A stretch of DNA of 58,998 nucleotides from a virus (taxonomy: Duplodnaviria > Caudoviricetes). The notes beneath the pieces are model-generated. The model saw nothing but the letters and a program-made list of their open reading frames with translations, had not been told where the DNA came from and searched no databases. A program made the translations under genes and the position numbers. This document shows, one piece after another, positions 27,465-36,922 of the stretch (position 1 is its first letter; each line of letters begins with the position of its first letter). Where the stretch lies: IMG/VR virus record IMGVR_UViG_3300025009_000015, positions 1 through 58,998 of that record. One strand, 5' to 3'.

Positions 27465-29071
27465 TCGATCCTCATGGGCATGACAAGACACAGGAGCGAG
27501 TCGTCCCCGGGGCGCGTCAGGGTGATGGGGTTCAGCTCGTTTCCGAACCGGATCAAGACTCGGGCGCTTCCGAGTGTCTTGATCTCGTCCCGGAGGTACT
27601 GCCCGTTGCACCCGATGCGGAATTGGATGTGCTCACAGTTCGGCTCTTTTCCCTTCTCTTTGAGCGCTCGATTGAAGTCCTCCAGCTCTTGGTCGGACAT
27701 TACTGTCGTCTGTCCAGTCACGTCAGCCTGGACGTCGTCCTGCATCTCCCCTGAGTCAGGATTCGCGACGTAGACCTCGATTCTGTTCGGGTGTGTCGTG
27801 AGCCGGACGCAGTGGGTCTTCTCACTTGCGATCGTCATGCAATACCGGATGGACTCATCGATCGCCTTGGCGTCGACCAATGCCTCCCGCAGGAACCGGG
27901 CCGGGACGACCTGTCGCCAGTCGGGGAAGTCCCCCTCGAGGCAACGGACGGTCAGGCTCGAGCCATCCTGGGCGTCGATCCGGACCATGTCCGATCGACC
28001 CAGGTCTGCGTAGAGATCCGCCAGGTGTCCGCCGTTTCCGGTCACCTGTGCGTAGGAGCAGAAAGTCTCCAGCCCGATCTTGTTCCCGAGCCAGGCGTCG
28101 AGGTTCTCCTTGCTCGTCCGGATGACGCAGGTCGCGTCTTTCTCGTTCCAGCCGTAGGACTTTGACGTGATGCCTCCAGTCGATCCTCGAGTGAGCATCC
28201 GACTATCCTTCCCCTCGTTCTCCCCCACGAGGAACAGGATAGAGTACCTGGACTTTCCCACAGGACAGCAGTTGTTAGGGATCCCGTCCAGGATCCCGTT
28301 GACCGCGATCGGCCTCCACCATGTCAGGTGGACCACCCCTGGCGCAAGGTCCTTGAGCTTTTTCGAGACGCCGAGCGGGAGCAGCGGCCCGTCCAGCGTC
28401 GGTGCGCTGGTTCTAGCCCTGTGCGCGACAGCACGGTGACCGTCCGTGCTCACGGCCCCGATGTGCCCGTCAGGGTAGATCTCCAGGTACGCCCCGTTGA
28501 GTCCGTACCTGCTGTCGTCGGTGGCGACGGAGTGGAGGACGGGGGCCAGGAGCGCGGCCAGGTCTACGTCGAACTCCTGGGAGTCGCACCCCTTCGGGCA
28601 GGCGATCGGGTCCGGGATCTCGTTCCCCTCCTGGTGGTCCCACCGGACGGTCGAGAACGTTTTTTTCCCGAGCTTCCCCCGGACCTTGACACCGTCCCGG
28701 GGGAGGGGGTATTTTTCCTTGTGTGTCCCACCTTTCCCGTCGAAATTTGACTTGTCCATTTCCCCGTACTCAACCGGGGGGAGGGCCTCTGCCTCAATCT
28801 CCAAGACCCCGTCCGGGAGCGCGTCCACGGTCTTCAGGAGCTGCCGAAAATCAAGCAGCAACTTTTCACCCGTACATTCTCCGTCGAGTGGTACGGAGTG
28901 GGACACCTCCAGGTCAGAGACCCGAAGCACGGCCCCCCCGTCGAACAGGTTCGGGACGACCTCCACGTTGTTCAGGGGGAGGATACTGCTCCCTGAACCG
29001 AACGTTTTCTTGAGCTTGTCGAGCGCCAATTTGAGCGCGCGACGCTGGCACTTGAGCCGGAAATCAATCAC
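27461..29071 (-). CDS. dnaN: DNA polymerase III beta sliding clamp, enlarged (~536 aa)
   Basis: ILPLNNV, SDLEVS, DDSRYGLNGAYLE, STDGHRA, LEGDFPDWRQVVP, IGCNGQYL, LVMPMRI; GTG start after GGAGG. Confidence 0.9.
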   Translation of the reverse strand: MIDFRLKCQRRALKLALDKLKKTFGSGSSILPLNNVEVVPNLFDGGAVLRVSDLEVSHSVPLDGECTGEKLLLDFRQLLKTVDALPDGVLEIEAEALPPVEYGEMDKSNFDGKGGTHKEKYPLPRDGVKVRGKLGKKTFSTVRWDHQEGNEIPDPIACPKGCDSQEFDVDLAALLAPVLHSVATDDSRYGLNGAYLEIYPDGHIGAVSTDGHRAVAHRARTSAPTLDGPLLPLGVSKKLKDLAPGVVHLTWWRPIAVNGILDGIPNNCCPVGKSRYSILFLVGENEGKDSRMLTRGSTGGITSKSYGWNEKDATCVIRTSKENLDAWLGNKIGLETFCSYAQVTGNGGHLADLYADLGRSDMVRIDAQDGSSLTVRCLEGDFPDWRQVVPARFLREALVDAKAIDESIRYCMTIASEKTHCVRLTTHPNRIEVYVANPDSGEMQDDVQADVTGQTTVMSDQELEDFNRALKEKGKEPNCEHIQFRIGCNGQYLRDEIKTLGSARVLIRFGNELNPITLTRPGDDSLLCLVMPMRIE

Positions 29072-29121
29072 GGTTGCCTCCAGTCTGGTTAAAAATTCAG
29101 CGAAATCAAAATCCTGTCTCC

Positions 29122-29163
29122 AATATACACAGTGTATATCGTTCTCGTCAATAAAAAATTCAC
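29122..29163 (-). promoter_or_regulatory. Boxed sigma70-like promoter
   Basis: GTGAATTTTTTA-TTGACG-N18-TATATT. Confidence 0.7.
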
Positions 29164-29195
29164 GGAGCACTGTGAAAAATATCAGGGAGGCGCGC

Positions 29196-30488
29196 GTGCA
29201 GGTAGTTCGTTTCGATTCACCGGGAGAGGTTCTGAGTCGCGAAGTCGCAGCGGACGGGTCCGTTTCTGCGACGGCGGACGTCTCCAGATGCGGCATCTAC
29301 GAGTACGCGCGGGCGGACGGGACGAAGCGCCGCGAGCTGGTCCTCCCGGAGCACCTTTTCGACCCTGCGTCCCTGAGGACGCTCGGGAACGTCGCCGTGA
29401 CGGCGTGGCCCCCGGCGGGCCACCCTCCCGAACTCCTGACGCCAGAGAACACAGGAAAATACGCGGTCGGGCACGTCCACGAGACGGTCGACGCGGTCGA
29501 CGCGACGGAAGAGCAGGATTTTGGATACGTGAGAGTCCGACTGACCGGGCGGACGGCGGAAGCAGTGCGGAAGCTGTCGCAGGCGCGACTCTTCACCTCC
29601 CCCGGTTACGTCCTCCCGCAGTATGACCCGACCCCCGGAACGCATCCGCTCTGGGGTGCTTACGACGCGATTCAGGGTCCGAGAGTCTATAATCACCTGG
29701 CGCTCACAGATACCCCCCGGGGCGGTGACCAGATGGTGGTCCATCTCGATTCAGAAAATTCAGGCGACGCAGACGTCGCGACGCAGAGTTCTACCCAGGC
29801 TCGAGTAGACACTCGGCCACACCAGGAGGCTACCGTGACGGTAAAAATGAGGCTCGACGGCGTCGGGCGGGAAGTCAGCGTGGACGAGGTGACGGCGGAA
29901 ATCCTCAAGCAGGAGTTCGCCCGTAGGGACGCGGACGCTCAGTCTGCGACGGCCAGGTACGAGGTGCTGAAGGAGGAGCTCGACGCACACAAGACCTCCA
30001 TGGATCAGGCGATGACTGAGATGGAGAAGATCAAGGCTGAGAAGGAGAAGCTCGCCGGTGAGCAGGCAGCGACCCAGGCAGTCGTGACCGACGCCAGAGC
30101 CCGCGCCGATGCTGCCGAGAAGCGTTTGGCGGACCCGAAGGTGCTCCGCGAGCTGATGGCCCCCCGGGTGGACCTGGAGACGACGGCGCGGGCCGTGCTC
30201 GCGACCGACCAGCACAAGCGGATCGACGCCATGACCGACGACGAGCTTCGGACCAATGTCGTAAAGACACTGCTCCCGGCCGTCAAGACGGACGGTGTGA
30301 CGGGCGAGCGTCTCGACGGGATGTATCAGACCGCGGTCGCGACCCGGCAGGTGCGGACGGACTCGACACCCCCTGCACGGGATCCGAACGCCAAGGATCC
30401 TCAGTCGCAGGGTGGGAAGACGACGGCCGAGCTTCACAAGGCCCGGACGGATGCCGAGTACGTCCCCCCGGGGAAGGGTCGGAAGTAA
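29196..30488 (+). CDS. Head maturation protease/scaffold (DUF2213-like)
   Basis: SRCGIYEY, GHPP, SPGY, YDAIQ, NHLALTDTPRGG, coiled-coil C-terminus with R-D motifs. Confidence 0.85.
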   Translation: MQVVRFDSPGEVLSREVAADGSVSATADVSRCGIYEYARADGTKRRELVLPEHLFDPASLRTLGNVAVTAWPPAGHPPELLTPENTGKYAVGHVHETVDAVDATEEQDFGYVRVRLTGRTAEAVRKLSQARLFTSPGYVLPQYDPTPGTHPLWGAYDAIQGPRVYNHLALTDTPRGGDQMVVHLDSENSGDADVATQSSTQARVDTRPHQEATVTVKMRLDGVGREVSVDEVTAEILKQEFARRDADAQSATARYEVLKEELDAHKTSMDQAMTEMEKIKAEKEKLAGEQAATQAVVTDARARADAAEKRLADPKVLRELMAPRVDLETTARAVLATDQHKRIDAMTDDELRTNVVKTLLPAVKTDGVTGERLDGMYQTAVATRQVRTDSTPPARDPNAKDPQSQGGKTTAELHKARTDAEYVPPGKGRK

Positions 30489-30547
30489 AATTTTTTCGGT
30501 GAATTTTTCTCCCGCCTGAGTGGCGGAAACGATGGAGGGATAGGATT

Positions 30548-31699
30548 ATGACCGCTGCACAGGTGAATTACGGGTCCGGCCCCAGCTCGACACTGCTCGC
30601 GGGGATGATTCCCCGGTGGGACGGGCGCGGGCCGCAGATCATCAGCCTGCTCAACAACAGCAAGGCTGCGCAGATCGAGACACTCCAGTGTACGTCGACC
30701 AGCTACGCGGTGACGCTCAAGAAGGGGACATCGTCCCGGAGTTTCAGCGCGACGGGGCTGGCTGGTGCGAACGCTTGCGCGACGCACCTCCACGACGCGA
30801 TCGAGGCGGACGGCATCGCTTCCGGCTGGGTGAGCGCGAGTGTGCTCACGGATACTGTGACCTGCACGGCGCGGTTCGCTGGGACGGATGAGGACGTGAC
30901 TTATTCCGGGACCACGAACGTGACCGCGGTCGAAGCGACGGCAGCCAGCGACGGGGCCGCGATCGGGTTCGGCCTGGCAGTCATGCACGACAGCACGGAT
31001 GGTCAGTGTCTCCGGCCGACGAAGACGACCGCGGTCGCTCAGGTAGACTGGGCGACTCCGACCGCCGTCAACTCTCTCACGTACACGCTCGGTGTCCAGC
31101 TCAACGACGTGGACACCTATCTCGCGGATTACGTCGCGGACGGTACCGCGATTGTCCAGGAGATCGTCGAGGGCATCGTCGCGCATCTCAACGCGGTGCT
31201 CCCCGCGTCGACCGTGCTCGCGGCAGAAGACAACACGAAGGTGACGCTGACCGCAGAAGTCGCGGGAACCCCGTTCACGACAGTGGTGGGGACTTCGACC
31301 ACCGCGGTGTGGGCTATCGTTCATACGACCCCGAACACGACCCCCGGGTTCACCCGCCCCCTGGCGGGGTTCGCCGTCCGCTCCGACCACATCGGAGCGG
31401 CCGTGAATTACTCCGGCGGCGACGGGACGGGGGCGTCCGAGTACGACGCAGGGACAGACGTGGCCGTGATGGAAGCCGGCGCCCTGGCGGTCGAGACGGA
31501 CGACACAGTGTCGAGGTTCGACCCCGTCTACGTCCGTATCACGGCGACCGGGACCGAAAAGGTCGGCTCCGTCCGGAACGACTCCGACAGCGGAGACTGC
31601 ATCCTGCTCTCTGGGGCGCGGTTCCTCGACGCTGCGGTGGGCACCAGCGCGGCGCACGCGACCGTCCGTATCCAGTTCGACCTGTCCACCCTGACCTGA
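30548..31699 (+). CDS. Capsid cement/decoration protein with two inserted domains
   Basis: Between protease and MCP; IGFGLAV, VAVMEAGALAV, DPVYVR, GARF. Confidence 0.7.
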   Translation: MTAAQVNYGSGPSSTLLAGMIPRWDGRGPQIISLLNNSKAAQIETLQCTSTSYAVTLKKGTSSRSFSATGLAGANACATHLHDAIEADGIASGWVSASVLTDTVTCTARFAGTDEDVTYSGTTNVTAVEATAASDGAAIGFGLAVMHDSTDGQCLRPTKTTAVAQVDWATPTAVNSLTYTLGVQLNDVDTYLADYVADGTAIVQEIVEGIVAHLNAVLPASTVLAAEDNTKVTLTAEVAGTPFTTVVGTSTTAVWAIVHTTPNTTPGFTRPLAGFAVRSDHIGAAVNYSGGDGTGASEYDAGTDVAVMEAGALAVETDDTVSRFDPVYVRITATGTEKVGSVRNDSDSGDCILLSGARFLDAAVGTSAAHATVRIQFDLSTLT

Positions 31700-31767
31700 T
31701 TCCAGGCCTCCGGGTGACACTGATTTTTCATTGATTCCCCCTGCGGGGGGCCGAGTAGGAGGATAGG

Positions 31768-32676
31768 ATGAGCACAGAGCAGAGTCGGATGGATGCTGCA
31801 TTTGTGGAGCAAGAGGTCGACGTGCTGATGCCGGACGTCATCCTGGAGGCGTACCCCGACAGGACGTACGGGCAAGCGTTCAGCGTGGCCCCCGGGCTCT
31901 CTCCAGGTGCGAAGACTGTGACGTACCGGCACGCCAAGGGCGTCGGCGTCGCGAAGTTCGTGGACCCGGGGAGTCGTGAGGTTCCCCTCGTCGAGTACGA
32001 CGTCGTCCCGAACACGGTCCCGATTCGGTTGATCCGGCTCGGCGCAGAGTACGACACCGAAGACGTCCGTGAGGGGCAGCTCACGGGCCGACCGCTCGAC
32101 CGTGACAAGCTCGTGATCGTCGCGGAAGGGCACGAGGCGCTCATCGACGAGACGGCGTGGGTGGGTTCTCCCAACAGGGGCATCTACGGCGTGGCGAACC
32201 ATCCTAATATCCTGCGACTCGTCACGCCGACGACCTTCGACTCGAACAGCACCGCGTCCGCGATCCTGGCCGCGATGCTCTTGCCGGTCTCAAAGATGGT
32301 CAGTCTGACGAAGGGGATCGAGCGCCCGAACACGCTCGCGCTGCCTCACGAGCAGCACGAATACGTCTCGAGCACGATGTACAGCCAGGCCGGGTCCGGG
32401 GACACCAGGACGATCCTGGAGGTGTTCCTCGCGTCTCAGAAACAGATCGACCTCGTCCTCCCTGTCCACCACCTCGAGGGGGCTGGCGTGGGCGGCGAGA
32501 ACGTCGCCGTTTACTACAACAGGGCGCGGACGAAGATCGAGCACCTGCTCGCCATGCGCCCGACCAGGAACCCTGTCGCCTGGGACGGTACGAATTGGAG
32601 GGTGGTCTACGAGTCGAAGACTGGTGGTTGCAGCGTTAAGAAACCCTTCTCTGTGATTGATCTTGAGGGGATCTGA
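31768..32676 (+). CDS. Major capsid protein (DUF2184-like)
   Basis: GAKTVTY, GQLTGRPLD, AWVGS...GVANHPNI, PNTLALP, TGGCSVKKP. Confidence 0.85.
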   Translation: MSTEQSRMDAAFVEQEVDVLMPDVILEAYPDRTYGQAFSVAPGLSPGAKTVTYRHAKGVGVAKFVDPGSREVPLVEYDVVPNTVPIRLIRLGAEYDTEDVREGQLTGRPLDRDKLVIVAEGHEALIDETAWVGSPNRGIYGVANHPNILRLVTPTTFDSNSTASAILAAMLLPVSKMVSLTKGIERPNTLALPHEQHEYVSSTMYSQAGSGDTRTILEVFLASQKQIDLVLPVHHLEGAGVGGENVAVYYNRARTKIEHLLAMRPTRNPVAWDGTNWRVVYESKTGGCSVKKPFSVIDLEGI

Positions 32677-32710
32677 CACGGTGCTGTGATCGCACTTTTG
32701 AGGACTTGAT

Positions 32711-33106
32711 ATGCATGTAAAAAATTGCACCCCTGGCCCGATATTCGTGGACATCCCGAGACGGCAGGCAGAGGAGGAAATTGACCCTGTGGCGCGTGCC
32801 CTGGCGTCGATAGACGTCTCCAAGGACGTCTCCCCGGCCGACGCGCTCCGGACGCTCGTGGCGCTCGAGCTGGCGAAAAAGCAGAGCGCGGACCTGGAGC
32901 GGGAGCTCCTGCGCTCATCCCTGCGTCGAGCGAAGGACACCGTGGACCTGTGGCCGGCTCACCAAGGGGAGGGTCAGCCCCAGCTCGTCAATGAAGTCCC
33001 CGACGAGAAGTGGCGGGCGATCGAGCGTATGCCTGCCATCGCTGCTCGTCTGGCGTCGGGCGCTCTCCAGGTAGTAGGGTACCCGGCGACGTACGCACCG
33101 TTCTGA
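32711..33106 (+). CDS. Hypothetical virion-associated protein, ends TYAPF
   Basis: Follows MCP; RBS GAGG. Confidence 0.7.
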   Translation: MHVKNCTPGPIFVDIPRRQAEEEIDPVARALASIDVSKDVSPADALRTLVALELAKKQSADLERELLRSSLRRAKDTVDLWPAHQGEGQPQLVNEVPDEKWRAIERMPAIAARLASGALQVVGYPATYAPF

Positions 33107-33171
33107 GATTTGATAGTTTTCTGTTTTAACAATATGTGTTTTCGGCCCCCGGCCGATCCGGAGAAACAAGA

Positions 33172-33588
33172 ATGAAACTCAACGTCAAGCAGGGCAATTC
33201 CGTTATGGTCTCGACCCACATCGGCAGGGGCGAAGAGCGTCGAATGCTCTTCATCGCGCCTTGGGGGTGTTCCCTGAGTACCCCGAAACCTGCCCCCCGC
33301 AACGCCGACTTGTCCCCTCGGGCGTACAGTATCGAGGTGTCCGGAGAGGTGGAACGACTCATCCGTGCTGCCGTCAAGGACGGACACAAGGGACTGCTCG
33401 AGCGGATCGATTTCTCCGGGATGATTTCGTCTCCTACGTTCGGGCAACTCCCCGACACAGAGGAGAATCGCCTGGCCGTGCGTGCTCGTGATGTCCAGGG
33501 GTGGCCGTACGAGAAGATGACCGGGGCGTCACCTGACGAGCTGCGGAAGATGTCCGAGACGAAGTACGTCGCGCCGAAGGGGAAGTAA
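33172..33588 (+). CDS. Hypothetical protein
   Basis: ATG after GGAG. Confidence 0.65.
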   Translation: MKLNVKQGNSVMVSTHIGRGEERRMLFIAPWGCSLSTPKPAPRNADLSPRAYSIEVSGEVERLIRAAVKDGHKGLLERIDFSGMISSPTFGQLPDTEENRLAVRARDVQGWPYEKMTGASPDELRKMSETKYVAPKGK

Positions 33589-33951
33589 GTGTCGATCGTC
33601 TGGTCAGACGTAACTTCTGCCTTTCCGAACGACGCGACACTGGCAGCAGTGGGCGCTACGGAGGGGCAGACGTACGTCGACTGGACGGACGAGCAGGTGG
33701 ACGACGCGATCTTGGGAACGCGCGCGGACCAGGTCCGGATCCTGCTCGCGGCGCACCTGGCGACGGTCGTATCCTCTGGTGGGTCCGGAGCCTCTGGCCC
33801 TGTCTCCTCAGAGAGTGTCGACGGGGTGAGCCGTTCCTACGCGGTGACAGCAGCAGCGGACGGGGACGACCTGTCCGCGACGAGCTATGGGCGTCGGGCT
33901 GCGATGCTGATGAGGACCAGTCCGAACGCGCGACTCCCGAGGGCGTTCTGA
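33589..33951 (+). CDS. Head-tail adaptor (DUF4054-like)
   Basis: LLAAHL, VSSESVDGVSRSY, TSYGRR. Confidence 0.85.
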   Translation: MSIVWSDVTSAFPNDATLAAVGATEGQTYVDWTDEQVDDAILGTRADQVRILLAAHLATVVSSGGSGASGPVSSESVDGVSRSYAVTAAADGDDLSATSYGRRAAMLMRTSPNARLPRAF

Positions 33952-33952
33952 G

Positions 33953-34438
33953 GTGACTGTGGAGGACCGGGACCACGGATACAAAGACCTCCTGGAGCTG
34001 GTAGACGACCTGAAGCGGCGCAAAATGCACGTCGCGGTCGGGGTGCTTGACGGTTCCGGAGAGATCCCCGACGAGGGGATATCCGTCGCAGGTCTGGCGA
34101 CCGTCCACGAGTTCGGGGCCTGGGCAGGAAAAAATCGAAAAGTCTGGGTCCCGGAGCGCGCGCCCATCCGGAAGACTCTCGACGAAGCCGAGAATCGGAT
34201 CAACGTCGCGGCGACCAGGGTGCTCACGAAAGCAGCGCGGGGTGACATCTCGGTGGAGGCTGCGCTGGGGACGCTCGGAGAATTCGTCACGTCGCAGATC
34301 AGGCGGACGATACAGCGGGGGGTCGAACCCCCGAACGCAGAGTCCACGATCGCACGAAAGAAGAGCTCGAAACCTTTGATCGACACGGGGCTCCTGCTCC
34401 GGTCGTATACGTATCAGGTACGAGAGGGAGAGGATTGA
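33953..34438 (+). CDS. Neck/tail completion protein
   Basis: ATVHEFGA, VPERAPIR, PNAESTIARKKSSKPLIDTG. Confidence 0.85.
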   Translation: MTVEDRDHGYKDLLELVDDLKRRKMHVAVGVLDGSGEIPDEGISVAGLATVHEFGAWAGKNRKVWVPERAPIRKTLDEAENRINVAATRVLTKAARGDISVEAALGTLGEFVTSQIRRTIQRGVEPPNAESTIARKKSSKPLIDTGLLLRSYTYQVREGED

Positions 34439-34827
34439 TGACAATTTTATCGCAAGCGACCGACCCCCAGCATCCCGCAGTGACGGCGGAGGCGATCCCC
34501 TCCAGGGTTTTCGTCTGTGTCCGGGCGTCCGACCTGTCCGGGAAGGTCCGTGTCGCGACGAACGCAGAAGAGGACGTCGCCGGACTGCTCGGGTTCGCGC
34601 CGAAATCGGCCAGCGCAGAAAAGTCGATCCTCCTTTACCGCGATGGCGACGTTGTTCCCGGGTTCACCGGGTTGACGCCAGGGCAGGAGTACCATTTGAA
34701 CGTGTCGAGTCTCGCGCTCGCGTCAGCACTCACGGCGGGGACGTGGACAAAAAAGGTGGGACTCGCTCGGAGTTCGACGCATCTCGAGTTGAGTTTTGGT
34801 CGGATGGTGTCTCAAACGAAACCGTAA
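34438..34827 (+). CDS. Cement/decoration-like protein
   Basis: GLTPGQEY...VGLARS; paralog of the next gene. Confidence 0.6.
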   Translation: MTILSQATDPQHPAVTAEAIPSRVFVCVRASDLSGKVRVATNAEEDVAGLLGFAPKSASAEKSILLYRDGDVVPGFTGLTPGQEYHLNVSSLALASALTAGTWTKKVGLARSSTHLELSFGRMVSQTKP

Positions 34828-34842
34828 ATTGGAGGTAGACCG

Positions 34843-35265
34843 ATGACTGACCAGGTACGAATGAATGCGAATGCCCATCTTGTTTCTGTCGACGACGAAC
34901 AGCAGAAATTCTCCGGCACAGTAGCGGAAGCGGCTGGCGTCGTTCTCGGATCGATTGTATGGGGGGATGGCGCTGGCGCCTATTCGATCTACAACGCCAA
35001 CGTCGAGGCGGACTGCGATTCGATCCAGGGCATCGCAGATGGTACTTACGCGGATACTGTCATGGGCACATATCACGGCGATGGATCCCTCGTGACCGGG
35101 CTGGCTGGGCTGACCCCTGACGCAGAGTATTATGCGGATCCGACCACCGGTCTGCTCGGGCTCATCGGCGCGATCGGCTCCGGCGAGTATACTGTCCTGA
35201 TGGGGAAGGCGCGGTCTGCAACCACCTTCAAGATCAGCATGGGTTCCGTGTTCCAGAAACCGTAA
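34843..35265 (+). CDS. Cement/decoration-like protein
   Basis: GLTPDAEYY...MGKARS. Confidence 0.6.
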   Translation: MTDQVRMNANAHLVSVDDEQQKFSGTVAEAAGVVLGSIVWGDGAGAYSIYNANVEADCDSIQGIADGTYADTVMGTYHGDGSLVTGLAGLTPDAEYYADPTTGLLGLIGAIGSGEYTVLMGKARSATTFKISMGSVFQKP

Positions 35266-35283
35266 TCTCTCTGAGGTTCTGCC

Positions 35284-35628
35284 GTGTCGATCCCGTTTTC
35301 GTCCTCCTACACTGTCCGCACTTATACTGTTGGTTACGGGTCGGACGGTCGCGCAACGGAGACGGGACCGACCACGCAGACCATTCAGGCGACCGTGACT
35401 CCTCTCGATGAACGAGCCCTCCAGGTGCTGTCTGAAGGGCTCCGAGTCGGGGCACGGTACAAAGTCCGGACCCAGACGGACCTCGGGGACCTGGGAGGCG
35501 ACGGGGAGACGACGTCGAAGCGCGTCGTGGTAGACAGCCGGGAGTACCGGCTCGAGCAGTGGGGACGGTGGGACCAGACGAGCTTCGGGTCCCTGAATCA
35601 CCAGAAGTACCTCGCGAGGGAGCTATGA
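35284..35628 (+). CDS. Head closure protein
   Basis: IQATVTPL..LQVLSEGLR; position in the operon. Confidence 0.7.
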   Translation: MSIPFSSSYTVRTYTVGYGSDGRATETGPTTQTIQATVTPLDERALQVLSEGLRVGARYKVRTQTDLGDLGGDGETTSKRVVVDSREYRLEQWGRWDQTSFGSLNHQKYLAREL

Positions 35629-36347
35629 AATATTTAGGAATTTTGCTTTCATTTTGCCTGACCATTGTCTCCCTTTCGGGGTGCGTGACCCAGCGAGCGC
35701 TCCTCCAGCTCAATGCTTCGGGGCATATGTCGGAATCCTCCGGCGTCGTCGGCATCGTCGAGGGTGACTACACAGGTCAACCCGCCGATACTCAGGTCTG
35801 GATCATCGGCGGACAGGCATACGAGGCCGACAGTGGCGGCGGCATCACCGGTGGAAATATCGCTGTCACGATTGGAGGTGACGCCGATACCACCTATGCC
35901 TCGCTTGTTACTGCGATCGACGGTGGACCCGGAAATGTAGATGCGGACGTCCCGGTACTCGGCAGGCTTCGGATTCGCACTGCGGTATCTGCCGGAGGGG
36001 CTGTTCAGAACTCCGGAGGTTCTGTCGCCGTCTCAGAAACCGCGGCGAATTTCGACTGGCGCGGGGCAAATACGAACCAGAACGGGAGAGGGACGGCGTC
36101 CAGACGTCGAGAGACTTGTCGACGGACGATCGATACACTCTTCGTCGCGGCGGCCAGTGCTCGACTCTGTGAATTCTCGTGGACCCCCTCGAGGGTGGTG
36201 AACGTACAGGTTCGAGCCGCAGACGGGATGCTGATCAACATCGGGTCAGACCTGTGGACGATATCCGGGAACGCTGTGCTCTGGACGGCGTCAGGAGTCG
36301 CACACATCGCGGACACGCAGATCGTGGACGTGACGGTAGAGGAGTAG
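35625..36347 (+). CDS. Lipoprotein-signal protein within the neck operon
   Basis: MKYLGILLSFCLTIVSLSG-C lipobox-like; G/T/A-rich beta domain. Confidence 0.6.
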   Translation: MKYLGILLSFCLTIVSLSGCVTQRALLQLNASGHMSESSGVVGIVEGDYTGQPADTQVWIIGGQAYEADSGGGITGGNIAVTIGGDADTTYASLVTAIDGGPGNVDADVPVLGRLRIRTAVSAGGAVQNSGGSVAVSETAANFDWRGANTNQNGRGTASRRRETCRRTIDTLFVAAASARLCEFSWTPSRVVNVQVRAADGMLINIGSDLWTISGNAVLWTASGVAHIADTQIVDVTVEE

Positions 36348-36349
36348 CG

Positions 36350-36913
36350 GTGACCCGATCTGGTCTTGAGAACGCGATCCGGGGGCTGGTTCAGCCCCGC
36401 TTGAACTTGACGACGATCTGGGCTCACCAGACGACGGCGACGGGTTCGGCGGTGGCCAGACCGAGCACCCCTCACGCGCTCCTGAACCTGATCTCGGACG
36501 TGGCGGACGGACTCCCGGACTCTCTTGGAGACGCCCCCCAGCACGTCGTCGGGCTGGTCACGAGCCAGCTCGAGCACCTGACGGAGGACCGGTACGCGAG
36601 GTGCTCTGTGAAGTGTTTCGGGGCCGGCGCCTGGGACAAGCTCGACGACTTGCGACTCTACCTCCAGACGGCGACGGCGCGGGGGCTGGCGGACACGGCA
36701 GGGATAGGGATTTCGTCTCTCTCTGACATCACCGACCTGACCGCGCTCGATGGGGGAGGGTGGGAGCAGGTTTGCACGATGGATCTGGTAGTCCACAGGC
36801 GTGAGCGTCTCGAGAGTGACGAGGGGTACATCGACGACGTGACGATCGGACTCACGTACAAAGACGGGGCGACGACTGTCGCGACAGATAGTATCGCAGT
36901 ATCAGCTCCATAG
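36350..36913 (+). CDS. Tail terminator/neck protein
   Basis: IWAHQ..RPSTP, SDITDLTAL..WEQ; directly before the sheath. Confidence 0.7.
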   Translation: MTRSGLENAIRGLVQPRLNLTTIWAHQTTATGSAVARPSTPHALLNLISDVADGLPDSLGDAPQHVVGLVTSQLEHLTEDRYARCSVKCFGAGAWDKLDDLRLYLQTATARGLADTAGIGISSLSDITDLTALDGGGWEQVCTMDLVVHRRERLESDEGYIDDVTIGLTYKDGATTVATDSIAVSAP

Positions 36914-36922
36914 GAGGACGAT

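Noticed and set aside
28497-29296. Apparent 800-bp overlap of dnaN and protease ORFs
   Set aside because: Both have better internal GTG starts with an RBS (29071 and 29196), leaving a promoter-containing gap
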